Part shown: positions 30,794-43,875 of the stretch, in pieces | Position numbering within the stretch: position 1 is the first letter of the stretch | Layout of the letters: each line of letters begins with the position of its first letter | Assembly: GCF_009914755.1 (NCBI RefSeq) | Contig: NC_060940.1 | Reading direction: 5' to 3' (one strand) | DNA: 64,000 nt | From: the human T2T-CHM13v2.0 reference genome, Homo sapiens | Notes under the pieces: model-generated | What the model saw: only the letters and a program-made list of their open reading frames with translations | What the model was told of the DNA's origin: nothing | Databases searched by the model: none | Translations under genes and position numbers: made by a program

Positions 30794-32225
30794 ACCCAGC
30801 TGAGATATTTTGATGACGGTGATGGAGAAGAGAATGATCATTTGTCCTATTTACCTAAAGTGACTACTTGTTTCCTCTGCTTATTTCTTCTATTTCAAGC
30901 ACTAGAGTTACTTCCATTGAGAAGGTAATGTCAAAATGTAGCTTAAATTATCAGCTCTCTCTCTGTTCTTACCCTTCCTCTTTCCTTCCATTCATAAGAC
31001 AAAGGAATGCATAAGACAGCTTTATCTTGGCATGTATCATTGTTGCATTTACTCTTTGATTTAATCAAATCGTGTTTGATCATTCACTCTGTGCTTGCCA
31101 TTCCAATAGTGCTGGGGATATGCTGTCCTATAAGACAGACATAGGTCTCTGCTTTTGAGAGCTTTACAATCCAGTAGCCTCCAGGTCTTCAGCCCAGCTC
31201 TATATTTTATAGGTCCTATGTCTCTGTGAAAATGTCCTCATTGCTTTCTTCTACTTTGTTTTCTTTGATTCTGCCACTCAGACTATCAGATATTCTGTCC
31301 TAACATTTAGCATTACAATTGGCCTTTCTACATATTGTTTTGTCAGTCTGTATCCTACCACCTGGCTGCTTCCTGCTCTTCAAGAACATCAGGTTAGACA
31401 TCAGTTCTTCTGGAAAACCTTACCTGATAAATCATTTTGTTTCTTAAATGTATCTTCTCTGGGCACGTACCCTATTGCACTGTAAATCTCTAGGCTATTC
31501 TATGACTCCTGCCAGCCTGTAGCTATAGAGGTACCTGGGCTATGTCTACCTTATTCACCACTGTAGCCCCCAAACATAGCACAGTCCCTGACATCCAACA
31601 GATACTCAATACCTAACTCCTGAAACAATTGCGTGAGTATCATGCTCTTGCCCATTTGGACAGTTCATTGCCCTTGCTTTCTGGCAATCTCTCCTAATTT
31701 CATTTCTTCCAAGTCCGACTATCATTCATTTTATGACAGCCTTTTTTTTTTCAGCTGGCAAACTATGAGAGGCTAAAACTTATGCAACACACAATGAAAG
31801 ACAAGGTCATATTTTATCGTCTTTGCCTGTTGCAGTAACCAGATTAGACATCTTTCTACAAGTGAGGCGAATGCAAGCCAACCGATATCTATCATGTCAA
31901 ACACCTGATTACTATGTGCGGAAGAAAAAGAGGGAACCATTAAAGATACATGGACAAGCACCTGCCCTTAAGGAGCTTACAACATTGTGGGAGGTCTCTG
32001 GTTTCATGTAAGAAAATCGAATAATTAAAAATACAGGCAGATGCTTGGCTTTGTGCATTCTTTATAAACAATGTAGGGGTGGCAGGTGGTTGCTAAGTTT
32101 TCACCATATCATGCCTCCACAAAGCCATTGGGTTGTTTAGACTATGTTTACGTACCCAGCTTTGAAAAGGGGCTGAAGAAGAAATAGAAGATATGTTGAT
32201 TCATGGTAGTGAGGCATAAACTTTT

Positions 32226-32318
32226 TTGTTTGTTTGTTTGTTTTGTTTTTTTAATTATACTTTAAGTTTTAGGGTACATGTGCACATTGTGCAGGTTAGT
32301 TACATACGTATACATGTG
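32226..32318 (-). mobile_element. Extremely 5'-truncated young L1 (L1PA2-like), ~65-nt body plus tail
   Basis: attatactttaagttttagggtacatgtgcacattgtgcaggttagttacata; perfect 17-bp TSD gtgaggcataaactttt at 32209-32225 and 32319-32335. Confidence 0.92.
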
Positions 32319-32387
32319 GTGAGGCATAAACTTTTATGATGGGTAGAAAACTTTATAATGTGTTATAAGAAGAAATGATTCTGAATT

Positions 32388-32739
<352 letters not shown>

Positions 32740-34355
32740 TTATCTAGAATGTTTATTTTTCTCTTCACTAGAACATTCTGTCATCTGTAACCTAATCCCA
32801 TTGGGGAGAGTATTTGATTATCCTTTCGTTAGTGTGACTTAATGCTGCCAATTTTCCAAATCTAGCAAGAGATCCTTGGTGACATTCTTAGTGGGATACC
32901 GTAGTCAGCAACGTTCACGGCAGAGTTGCTGTCTCTCTAAGCGATTTGGTTTTCTTTGTATGTATAAGGACTTCCTCTCTTACAAAGAAAGTTGTGTCAC
33001 ATTCGATCGATCAATTTCCTCCTTTAGAAGCAGGCAGAGAATACTCTGGACAGCTATGATGGAATAAGTCACACAGCGATATTATCTCAAATTATATCTG
33101 TAGGGTAACTGCAAGTCAGGTATTTAAGGGGACAGAATCCATCCTTCTCCCCTTGTGGATTTGGTTAAATGTAGTAGTATTAGCAATGGCACAAGTCATC
33201 TAAATTTATCTTGAATGTGAATTTGACACTGATGTTACTCTGGTGGTAGTAGCAAGAACTTTTCCCCCTTTAGAAAAAGTGGGCTGGTGAAAGGAGATGG
33301 ATTATGAAAGTCTGTTCAGGATTGAGGCTTCCCGCATACCCAGGAGGTGGAGAATCCCTATTGAATTAAAATTCAAAATGCATCTGTCTGTTCTTTCCCT
33401 TACAAAAATTCACTTTTGCCAATGTTTATTTGCATGGTTTGATTTTCTGCTTGTCCATATGCCCTTCTGTCCATACAAGTATATCTGTGACAGTGATGGG
33501 CAGCCCCATCTGTCACTCAGGAATGGATGGCAGTGGTGATGGTTGGTTGGTATTGATAGCCAAGTACTTACTACAGCTGAGCTTTCTGGTCTTGACTGTG
33601 TATTATAGTTATGCAAGAGGTTATCACGGGGAAAAATGGATGAACGGTGCCCAAGATCACCTTCTACATTTTTTGAAACTTTCTGTATAATTATATCTCT
33701 ATGATTATTTGAAAATAAAAAATTAACAATAATGGCAGTCATAGGCTAGGCTCTGGGTTCAGAATTGGGTTGGTACAAATTTCTTCATGGAACCATCATG
33801 ACCTGAGATAATTTTCTTAGCGTCTCAGAGCCTATTATTTATGAAATGAAGATAAAGTCGGTGCCCGTATCATCGGGCTGTGGGTTGCATTGATGGAAGT
33901 TCTATTTATAGAACATTTAGGGCAGTGGCAAGCATGTGGTTTAAGCCCTTCTAATTGTATTATTGTTATTATCAAGAATGTTATAAGTAACACTATCATC
34001 ATTAACGTGATTAATCTACCTGGGTTCTGGATCTTAGGGTGGCAGGAACATGGTCTTGTGCCTTTTTGACAACCTCTAATTTTGCCTAGGATACTAAAAG
34101 ACTTTGTCAGAATGTCTCAAAAATATTTTATGGTGAATTGTTCCACCATAACTCTCACAAATATCACCTCTTATCTCAGCCCACAAAAAAAGGTCAATTA
34201 TAGATAAAGGAAAGGACCTCATTGTTGCCGAAAGACTTAGATATGAGGTCTGGATTTGCACTTATTCACTTCAAGACTTTATGTTTCCTTATCTGTGAAG
34301 TGGGTGTGCTGAAAATGAGTTTATTACTCTAGCTCCTGTGGAGATGAAGTGAGAT

Positions 34356-34395
34356 TATATATATATATATATATTTTTTTATATATATATATATA
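34356..34395. repeat. Interrupted (TA)n
   Basis: Direct reading. Confidence 0.85.
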
Positions 34396-35479
34396 GTGAC
34401 TAACATTGTCTGATACTTAGAAGGTGCTGGAAGAATACCAGCTGTTCTGGCTGTTAGTTTGTATTAATAACAGGCAATAATACGGCATTTGAAGCAATTT
34501 CGCAAACAGACAGGTGAAGCCCTACGCAGCATGCCTTTCCAGCGCGAAATGCTTCAGTGCAATGTTAGGATATTCCAATGGGGAAACTTTTTTCAGTAAT
34601 GCAGGGCAACGGTGGATGGTTTTGACCTTGCTCTCAGTGCCCCGAGGTGCTGAGTGAGTCAGAACATGTCTCAGTACTACTAAAAATGAAGAGACTAGCT
34701 TGGGATTCATTTTTTATTCAACAAAACATTTTGAATGCTTTTGTACATGTGTGTGTGTGCTCGCATGTGTGTGCACCTCAGACACTGTTTGAGATGATTG
34801 AGGCAACAGTGATGGACCAAAAAAAAAAAAAAAAGGAAACCAGACAAGGTTCCTATACTCATAGAGTTCACAGTCCAGTTGGAGATGGACACCAAAATGT
34901 GTATATAATGTCATACTTTGACAGAGGTTTTCAGTGGCAAGACAGGGTCCTCTGAGACCCTGGAAAAGTGAGAAACTCCATCTTCCTAAGTGCTTGATGC
35001 CGTTGGTTGGGAACTTCACTTGTTCTGGATGTCGCTCATTTTTTAAGGGCTAAGCACATATTTCCCTTTGGAATTATCACCTCAGAAGTGGCCATATCCA
35101 GGTCTCTGACTTGTACAGAGTACCATAAATATTTTATTGTCAGTGACTTTTAAAGAGTTGAGAAAAACAGCCTCTCCATTGCCTTCTGTAACTCCAAATG
35201 GAAAATCAGGATGGAACATTTTGCAAACATGACACCTCCTCACTGCAAGTCGACCGCCCACTCGGTTGGCTTGTGTTTCTGAGGCTGGTGTTTGTCAGCC
35301 ATGGCAAGATGGCTTCCATCCTCTCTCTGTGCTTCCCTACTGAGCCGGAGAAGTGAAATGAGACAAGTAGCTTTGCTGGAATCTGTAACATGGATTCTGT
35401 CATCTTTGTTGTTTGTTGGATTTTATGAATTATGGCTTCAGCACAACTTTAGAGTTCTTTGTTCAAGAGATAATTTTCT

Positions 35480-35849
<370 letters not shown>

Positions 35850-36119
35850 TCAGATCTGAATTCATCTCCAAGTATTTAAGAATATACAATGTAGGATTCT
35901 GACAGATTTGGGTACCTGGCACTAACAAGTTGTGTGAGCATGAGCAAGTAATCCCACCTAGCTTGAAAAAGAAGATAAAAATATGCGGTGTGTTGGATTC
36001 TTGTTAAATGAGGTAATGTAGGCAAAGCTACTTTATTGAATTTTGTATGCTTGGTGCTTAGAACAATAATCAGTTCATAATTGGTGTGCAAGAAAAGATT
36101 TCTTTTCCTCGTTACCAGA

Positions 36120-36195
36120 CATCGTCATCACCATCACCATTATTACCATCACCTTCATCATCATCATCATCATCATCATCACCACCACCACCATC
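36120..36195. repeat. (CAT)n/(CAC)n compound repeat
   Basis: Direct reading. Confidence 0.85.
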
Positions 36196-37105
36196 TTTGC
36201 TTTTATCTTCTTATGGATTCAGTAACAAGAATTCTTCAATAAGACTCATAATAAGATTGTGTTAAAATTCGGGTTCTTTCCCTTACTAATGTACGAGATC
36301 CATGTGTTGGAAAGTGTTTTCCATTTGTTTAGCACCTCAGTTTTCTTATCTGCCAAAGGTACCATAATGAGGTATGTGATCTGCCAAAGGTACCATAATG
36401 AGTTTAGTATTCACTGAAGTAGGTTAGAGTCCAACACACATCCCTTCTTCCTGGGTTCTCCAGAGGAAGAACTTCACTGGACTGGAAGGAGGATCAGTTT
36501 TATCCCCACAGTGGGACATATGTGCATACAGGACTTTCTAGATTATAAAATACATTCCAGTAGATTTTTCCCTCTAAAGCATCGTAAGAGTCTCACTGTG
36601 AAGAATAATATATATTACTATTTATATTTTATGAATAAGGAAACTGGGTCACATAAAGGTTGAATGACTTGCCAATAGTTTCACCATTATGCTCTTGATG
36701 CCTCAATATTTGACTTTGATTTCATAGTCACAGCATTAAAAGGTTAGATAGTAACACTAGAAATTACCTGGCCTATCATAGTGTTTTTCCATTTATTTAT
36801 TTTTACCCCAATTCATAAAAGATTTTACACTCTGAACCCATTCCTCCACATAAAGTTTTCATGAAACAATATAAACTCTTAACTATTTTATTCTTCTCTC
36901 ATGTGTGTAGATTATTTCATTTAAAGAATGTTGGTATGATGATCCCCTACATGGGTCTTACAGCCTAAGAGATCAGACTGACAGAATAAAAAACACAGAA
37001 CATTTTTCTCCAGGATTGTGTATCAGAACTATCTGGGGCAACTTTTGACAGTGCCCATCCCTGGATCCCACCCTCAGAGATTCTGAGGCAGTAGGTCTGG
37101 TGTGA

Positions 37106-37440
<335 letters not shown>

Positions 37441-37535
37441 GGAATCTGTTATTTTTAAAAGAATACATAAGGAGCTCATGCTCCACTGACTAAGGACCCA
37501 TGTTCTGTTGCATCTATCTGATTGTTTCCAGCTGA

Positions 37536-37856
<321 letters not shown>

Positions 37857-38966
37857 GTTGTTTTGTTGTTGTTTGTTTTTGAGTATTTTCTGCGTTATTC
37901 CCTAGGACATTAATGCTTTCACCAGGGAATTGTCCGTCTTGGTCTTGTCTCTCTTTCCAAGGTTGAAGGACAGAAGTTGGCCTCTCAGTTGAGGACAAGA
38001 GCTTATGGTTTGTGCGAATGGCTGCTGTCCTCGCATACTGAGCTGGAGTCTTGTGAGACGGGGCCTCTTGTCCTCTGTGTTTATGTGGTTAGAGAGGGGA
38101 GCTGACACATCCTTTTAAAGAAACTGAAAGGGCTGCTTGTTTTAACTCTCACTCTGTGATGCATTGCAGAGATCCCCAAGGTATGATTGGAAATGGAAAC
38201 GTAAGGACGGGCACAAATACTATGTATCCAGATTTTCTTTCCAACCTTGTAGAGCTGGGAATTAAAAAGAAAAACCTCGCCCAGGGGCCACCTGAACTAG
38301 AACCTGCAAAACAGACAAGCAGAAAGGTTGAATTCTTCCAGGCGGTCTCTTCCACCCTCACCTCCTCCTCTGTTATACAATTTAATTACAACTTTATTCA
38401 CTTCAGAAACCCCATCCATTCCTTCCAGTAGGGGAAGATCTCTCTTTCCATAGCAAGGAGCCTTGGTGATAAGCAGCTATCTGTAGGAACGGTGCATGGG
38501 ACTCACAAAACCTCTCCCTTGACAAGCAAGAAAGACATGAGCAAATAATAACTGAAATTATTTTGACATTTCACTCTGGTTGTTGTAGTTTTCATAATAA
38601 AGGAAGAACAAAGTACTTGCAGCTTTAAATAAAGAGGCTGCCTTTGGCATTGATGTGGGATTTCACTGGGGAATTTTTTGTATGAGTTCTTGTTTTTGCT
38701 CACTGGGAGAGAAAAGAAAACGATAAGCCATGAAAAGACAAAAGTCCAAGGAAAGGAGAAAGCAAGACCCCTGTACTTTTTCTTGATAGCATTTGTCACC
38801 CCTGGAATATTGCGGTCATCTTAGTATTTATTTTTTGTTTCTTGAAGTCTGCTGCTGCACTTGACTGTAAGGTCTATAGGGACAAAGATGGTTTTGGATT
38901 TTGCTTACCGTTGCATTAAATGTGAATGAATGAATTCGTTTACATAATGTGTACTAGGAGCCAAGC

Positions 38967-38968
<2 letters not shown>

Positions 38969-38997
<29 letters not shown>

Positions 38998-39024
38998 CTG
39001 TGTCTGTGTCTGTGTCTGTGTGTG
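38969..39024. repeat. (TG)n then (TCTGTG)n microsatellite
   Basis: Direct reading. Confidence 0.92.
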
Positions 39025-39499
39025 GTTTTTGGTGATGTGATTTTTAATTAGATCCTTACAATAATATGGTGAAGCTACTCATCATTGGTCCCATTAAACA
39101 GAAGCAAAAACTAGTGCTTGGAGTATCACAATAACTTGTCTAAGATTACACAGCCAGTCTGCAAAAGAGCTGGATTTCAAAATCTTCCAAGTCATCATCA
39201 GTTATGGTATTTTTAAGATCGATTTGCAGTTAACCACACAGCTTTATTACAAATTCATGCTCTCTTGATGTACTCACAGTATTTTTCAAAATTTACCTAT
39301 TGCTATCTCTCTATCTCTTTAAACTTTTTTCATCCATCCTCTGTATCTTCCCTTTTATCCCTGAATGTTTGCCCTCCCCTCTTAAGAAAAAATAAGATAG
39401 TAGCAAGCTCCCTGCTGGATTTTATAACTTTGCATACCATATATTTAGTTTAGTAATGAAAAATTCCAGCTCCAGGCGATGCATAGAATCGCATTTCTA

Positions 39500-39852
39500 A
39501 TGTTTTTTAAACAGCTATTAATGTGGTCGAGCAGTGGGTTTTTTTTTTTTTTTCCCTTCCTCCTCTATATAATCATCTGCTCAGTGGTGCGCTGTGAAAC
39601 TGAGAGTAGGAGCCAGAGGAGGAGCAAGCTGTGATTGATGGGCCAGGCCTTCCTGGCAGAAAAAGTGCCATCTGGGTTGGTTTTGGGAGCAGTCAGATGT
39701 TGAGGGGGAGGTCAGCCAGGCGGCCTCAGCCCCCCACCTTCCTCAACACCCCGATCATCCACACATTGCACAGCGCGCACACCCTCGCTCGTAATTGAGG
39801 CGTGCTTGGGGCAGATGCTTTGTGGTGTGGGACAAGAACAGCTGCTAAGTTT
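39500..39852 (+). promoter_or_regulatory. Putative internal promoter and 5'UTR of the alternative first exon
   Basis: TATATAA 39566-39572; E-boxes CATCTG 39574-39579 and 39669-39674, CAGATG 39694-39699 and 39812-39817, CAGCTG 39839-39844; C-rich box near 39729-39738; TAATTG 39792-39797; locally raised CpG and no recognisable interspersed repeat. Confidence 0.55.
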
Positions 39853-39885
39853 ATGGAGGAGAAAGGAAGCAGGATGGTGCAGCAG
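39853..39885 (+). CDS. RBFOX1: Coding part of an alternative first exon of RBFOX1 (MEEKGSRMVQQ), splicing in phase 0 to 47723
   Basis: ATG at 39853, 11 codons, then CAG|gtattt donor (GT 39886-39887). In-frame TGA upstream at 39796-39798. Joined peptide MEEKGSRMVQQ-GNQE parallels the recalled RBFOX2 start MEKKKMVTQ-GNQE. Confidence 0.78.
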
Positions 39886-40039
39886 GTATTTTTGTTTTTT
39901 TTTCCATTTAATCTTTCACTCAAAATTGCGATTTGAATGAAGCTGAAAGCTTTTCTTGTGTTAAGTCCGTGCTGTCGGTGACACGTAGCTTGCTCCTTGA
40001 ATCATGCCCGGGGAAAGGAGAGGAGTTTTGGTGAAGAGA

Positions 40040-40109
40040 GTGTGTGTGTGTATGCGTGTCTGTGTGTGTGTGTGTGTGTGTGGGCGCGCGCGCACGCGCG
40101 CACGCGCGC
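40040..40109. repeat. (TG)n followed by (CG)-rich alternating tract
   Basis: TG run 40040-40082, then GCGCGCGCGCACGCGCGCACGCGCGC 40084-40109. Confidence 0.92.
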
Positions 40110-42552
40110 TTTCTGCTTGATGTGTGGAACTGAGCTGATCTTAGAACCAGCAGGTTAATGGTGTCCTTTTGCATTTTTCTTCTTTGTTTGAATGCCCCTA
40201 GGGCATGATGCAGTTTAGCTCAATTCACTTCTGCACAAGAGGGTTTCTCTGAATATGCGCGATTTCTTGCCAGAGAAGTGGTGTAGACCATGCTCCTAAA
40301 CTAAAGTAAAACAAACTGTCAGCAAGACTGAAAACTGCAAGCAACCATCAAGAATGGATAGTTTTCCTCCAGTGAGTCCATGCTGGTGGGGGGTCCCACT
40401 GCAGGAGCCGCTGCTTTCCTGGGCTGTGTGGGCATATGTGATCAGCTGGCTTATTAGGTTTTGACAATTCCTGTGCATGTCTTCATTATAAGGGTTGAGT
40501 TAAGGCCAGAGGAGGTTCTCCACAGCAGGAAATAAACTGGGGACAAGTTAATTCCAGATGCAGAAAGGGAGGGTGTGCTCAAGAAGTTTGACTATAAAGG
40601 TGGGGAAATACAGGCGTGTGAGTGTGCACACACACATACCCACACAGGAAAATGCTTGCCTATTTTAAAGTCCACCTGGACGGCTACGAAAGCTGGTACT
40701 TTGCCTTCTCAGTGAAAGTCAGGTAGTTACATGGAAAAGAATAGACCCATTTCCTGTTCGGCCACTTAAAGATTCTTTTTCAGTTGAAATACGGTTTACC
40801 TTCAATTTTGAGCCAAAAGGTTTTGCAAACCCTGACTGGCTACCACTCTTGTTTCTCTTGTTAGTTTCTCAAAACTACTTTATTAAACCACTCAGGGCAA
40901 CAAATGGGAGAAGGGCAATGTCTTGGGGAAAAAACAACGACAACAACAAAACTCTCTCATCTTATTTTCTCTCTGACTCTGTCTCCTGAGTCCACTTCAG
41001 AGAGAAAATTCAGGGTTCAGGATATTTCAGGGACCAAAGAAATTCTCTGAGCATCAGAAGAGTGGCCCTCTTATTGCATGCATACAAGAGTCAACACACT
41101 ATGCTAATAGTCAGATTACAGTGTTTGTCTTAAAATAGCAATGATAGCCAGGCTATTTCATGCTTCAGTAAAATATTTAAATTGAAATGACTTTTTTTTT
41201 TGCTTTTATGAATCAGACTTGGTTGCATTTTAATAATCCTTTTGCTCTTGGTAACTGGAGTGAAAGCTACACGTTGGGGTGTCTTAAGTAATGACAGGTT
41301 TCCATCATCCTGCTGTCGTTGAGTTGCTCTCGTTGACTGAGAGGTTTGGTGACTGAGGACAAGGAAGTTTCTTCTCTGTTTATCCTAATAAATGTTGTTT
41401 ATTTCAAGCTTCTAGTCAGTTGTGCAGCAGCAATAGTGGGTCTTAAAGCGTGAGATCTTGGCCTTCTTTCATCCTCCTTTTGTGTATTGAGCAACAACTC
41501 AAGAAAGTCCAGGCACTGAAATTAAACGTTAAGTTTGCAAAAGCTCCTGAAGCATTTGCTTGATGATGTGGGGAACACTTGTGAGGCAGATCATCCTGCT
41601 CATCAACTAGGAACACCCACAAGCACCCTGACTCTGCAGATATCAGAAGCTCTCTCTGATCATTCCACTTATTTAGGGAAAGGTGGGGGTTTGGCATTGG
41701 AGTAGAAGAAAGAAGGCAGCTTCTGCAAATGAGGGAATGTCTAGCCAGAATGCTCCAAATAATTTTGCCTGTCACTGTCCCCTACATGAAGTTGGCTTCA
41801 GCTTCCAACCCAGGAGCCTGTTCGCGTGCCTAGGATTTGCTGTGACCTGGAGTGGAAAAGGTGCCCTTAATGTCAGTGTATTTTTCCAGAAAATACATTT
41901 CAGCCAAGCTAAGAATCCAGGAATGTCACTAGGGAGGAAACAAAGACATCTCTGGAGCCATTTGAAGGTGAAAAATAATTCCATAGGAAGTACAATGGTC
42001 TTAATTAAATATTAGCTGTAATTAGCCTAAAGTGCAAATGTTGGGAATATTAATTAGGGTCTCTCTGGAACGGCTGTCAGTGTTAATAAGTAACTGTAGG
42101 GGGTCCCACCAACATCTGTTTGAGAACTCCAGGTACAGGATGAAATCTGGAGTCCCATGTTCCTGGATGCTAACTGCAGGCTCCTTGGCTACCATGGACT
42201 CAGTCCCTAGAGCATGGTGCTCTGTGTTTGCCAGAATTGCACAACTCATGGTAGAGGTGGGTGGCTTGCTTTGGCACCAGTGGTGCCCCCAGCTGGCCCT
42301 TGCCTTTCCTTGGATAGCCTCAAGGCATTTCAAAGTCAGGCGTCAGGCTTGAGGTAGTGCAGAAGTTTCCCAGGCTGCTGCCCCACTCCTTTCGAATGGT
42401 CACCCACCCAACCTGGCCATTGGAATTGCTGGCATATTTGAATCAAATACCCTAGTCCCTGGCTTCCTCACAGGGAGTAACACACCAACAGCTAAACACA
42501 GGTCCATGGTGTATGTGATAGAGAGGGAACTGCTTATTTAAAAATGGGAAGT

Positions 42553-42862
<310 letters not shown>

Positions 42863-43050
42863 AATGAATGAATGAATGAAGTGAACTCCCCACCAGGTGA
42901 TTCTCTTGCTAGATGAGAAATGCCTTGGTTTAACTCTTGGCTTCCCTAACAACTACCTGTGACTGTGGCCTCGAATAATTATTTCCCAGCTTTGGTCTGG
43001 AGCATCTTTGATGACAAGGTAAATTGAGATTAGAGATGCATTGCATGAAA

Positions 43051-43265
43051 AGTAGGGATTCTGGACCTTGGCACTATTAACATTTGGGGCGGGACAGTCT
43101 TTTGTGGTTCAAGGTAGTCGTATACTCTGTAAGATGTTTAGCAGCATTCCTGGCCTCCACCCACTAGATGGCAGTAGCACATCCTCCCTCATTTGTGACA
43201 AAACTGTCTCCAGTCATTGCCTAATGTCCTGTGGGGAGCAATCACACCTCTGTAAGAACTACCGG
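43051..43265 (+). mobile_element. MER20 (hAT-Charlie)
   Basis: ccttggcactattaacatttgggg...aagatgtttagcagcattcctggcctccacccactagatg...tgtctccag..attgcc. Confidence 0.88.
43161..43174 (+). promoter_or_regulatory. CTCF core motif inside MER20
   Basis: CCACTAGATGGCAG matches the CTCF core CCASYAGRKGGCR. Confidence 0.55.
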
Positions 43266-43664
43266 TATGAGGCGCCCAGCACAGTGCCTGCCACCTATTA
43301 GGTTTTCTTCTGAGGACCAGTGAGGAGAAGGGGCTGCTTTTCATGGAAGTCTGAGGCCATCATGAACCTTCTGCTCATAAGCCCACTTATGCAGATTTAA
43401 AGCCTGTGTGCCTGTGAGTTTACAGGTCAAAGATCTGCGGATGGAAAGTAAATTCCCCAAAAGATTCTGACCCACTGTTTTTGCACCATTTTCAATATTG
43501 CCAGTCTCCAAGTCTAGCTATCACCCCTCTTTGGTTTGGAGAGTATACAGGCCCTTTCTCTCTCTTTCTACTTCACTGCCTGCTTTATTTCCTGCCCAAA
43601 CTACTTATGCAATAATGGCTTCTTAACTGGTGATCCCATATCTAATGACATTCTGCCACAGCTA

Positions 43665-43875
43665 TTAGAAAACATTTTCCACAAAGGACCAGATGATAGA
43701 TCATTCAGTCTTGGTGGGCTGGGCAGTCTCTGTCACAGCTATCCAACTCTGCCTTTGTAGTACAAAAGCGGCTACAGACAGTAAACAAATGAGCATGGGT
43801 GTGTTCCAATAAAACTTTATTTACAAAAACAAAATTTGGGCCAGGTTTGCCTCATGAGTCGTTTGCTAGGTCCTC
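43665..43875 (-). mobile_element. MER58A-like
   Basis: gtgttccaataaaactttatttacaaaaac, reverse complement of the 15170 copy core. Confidence 0.75.
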
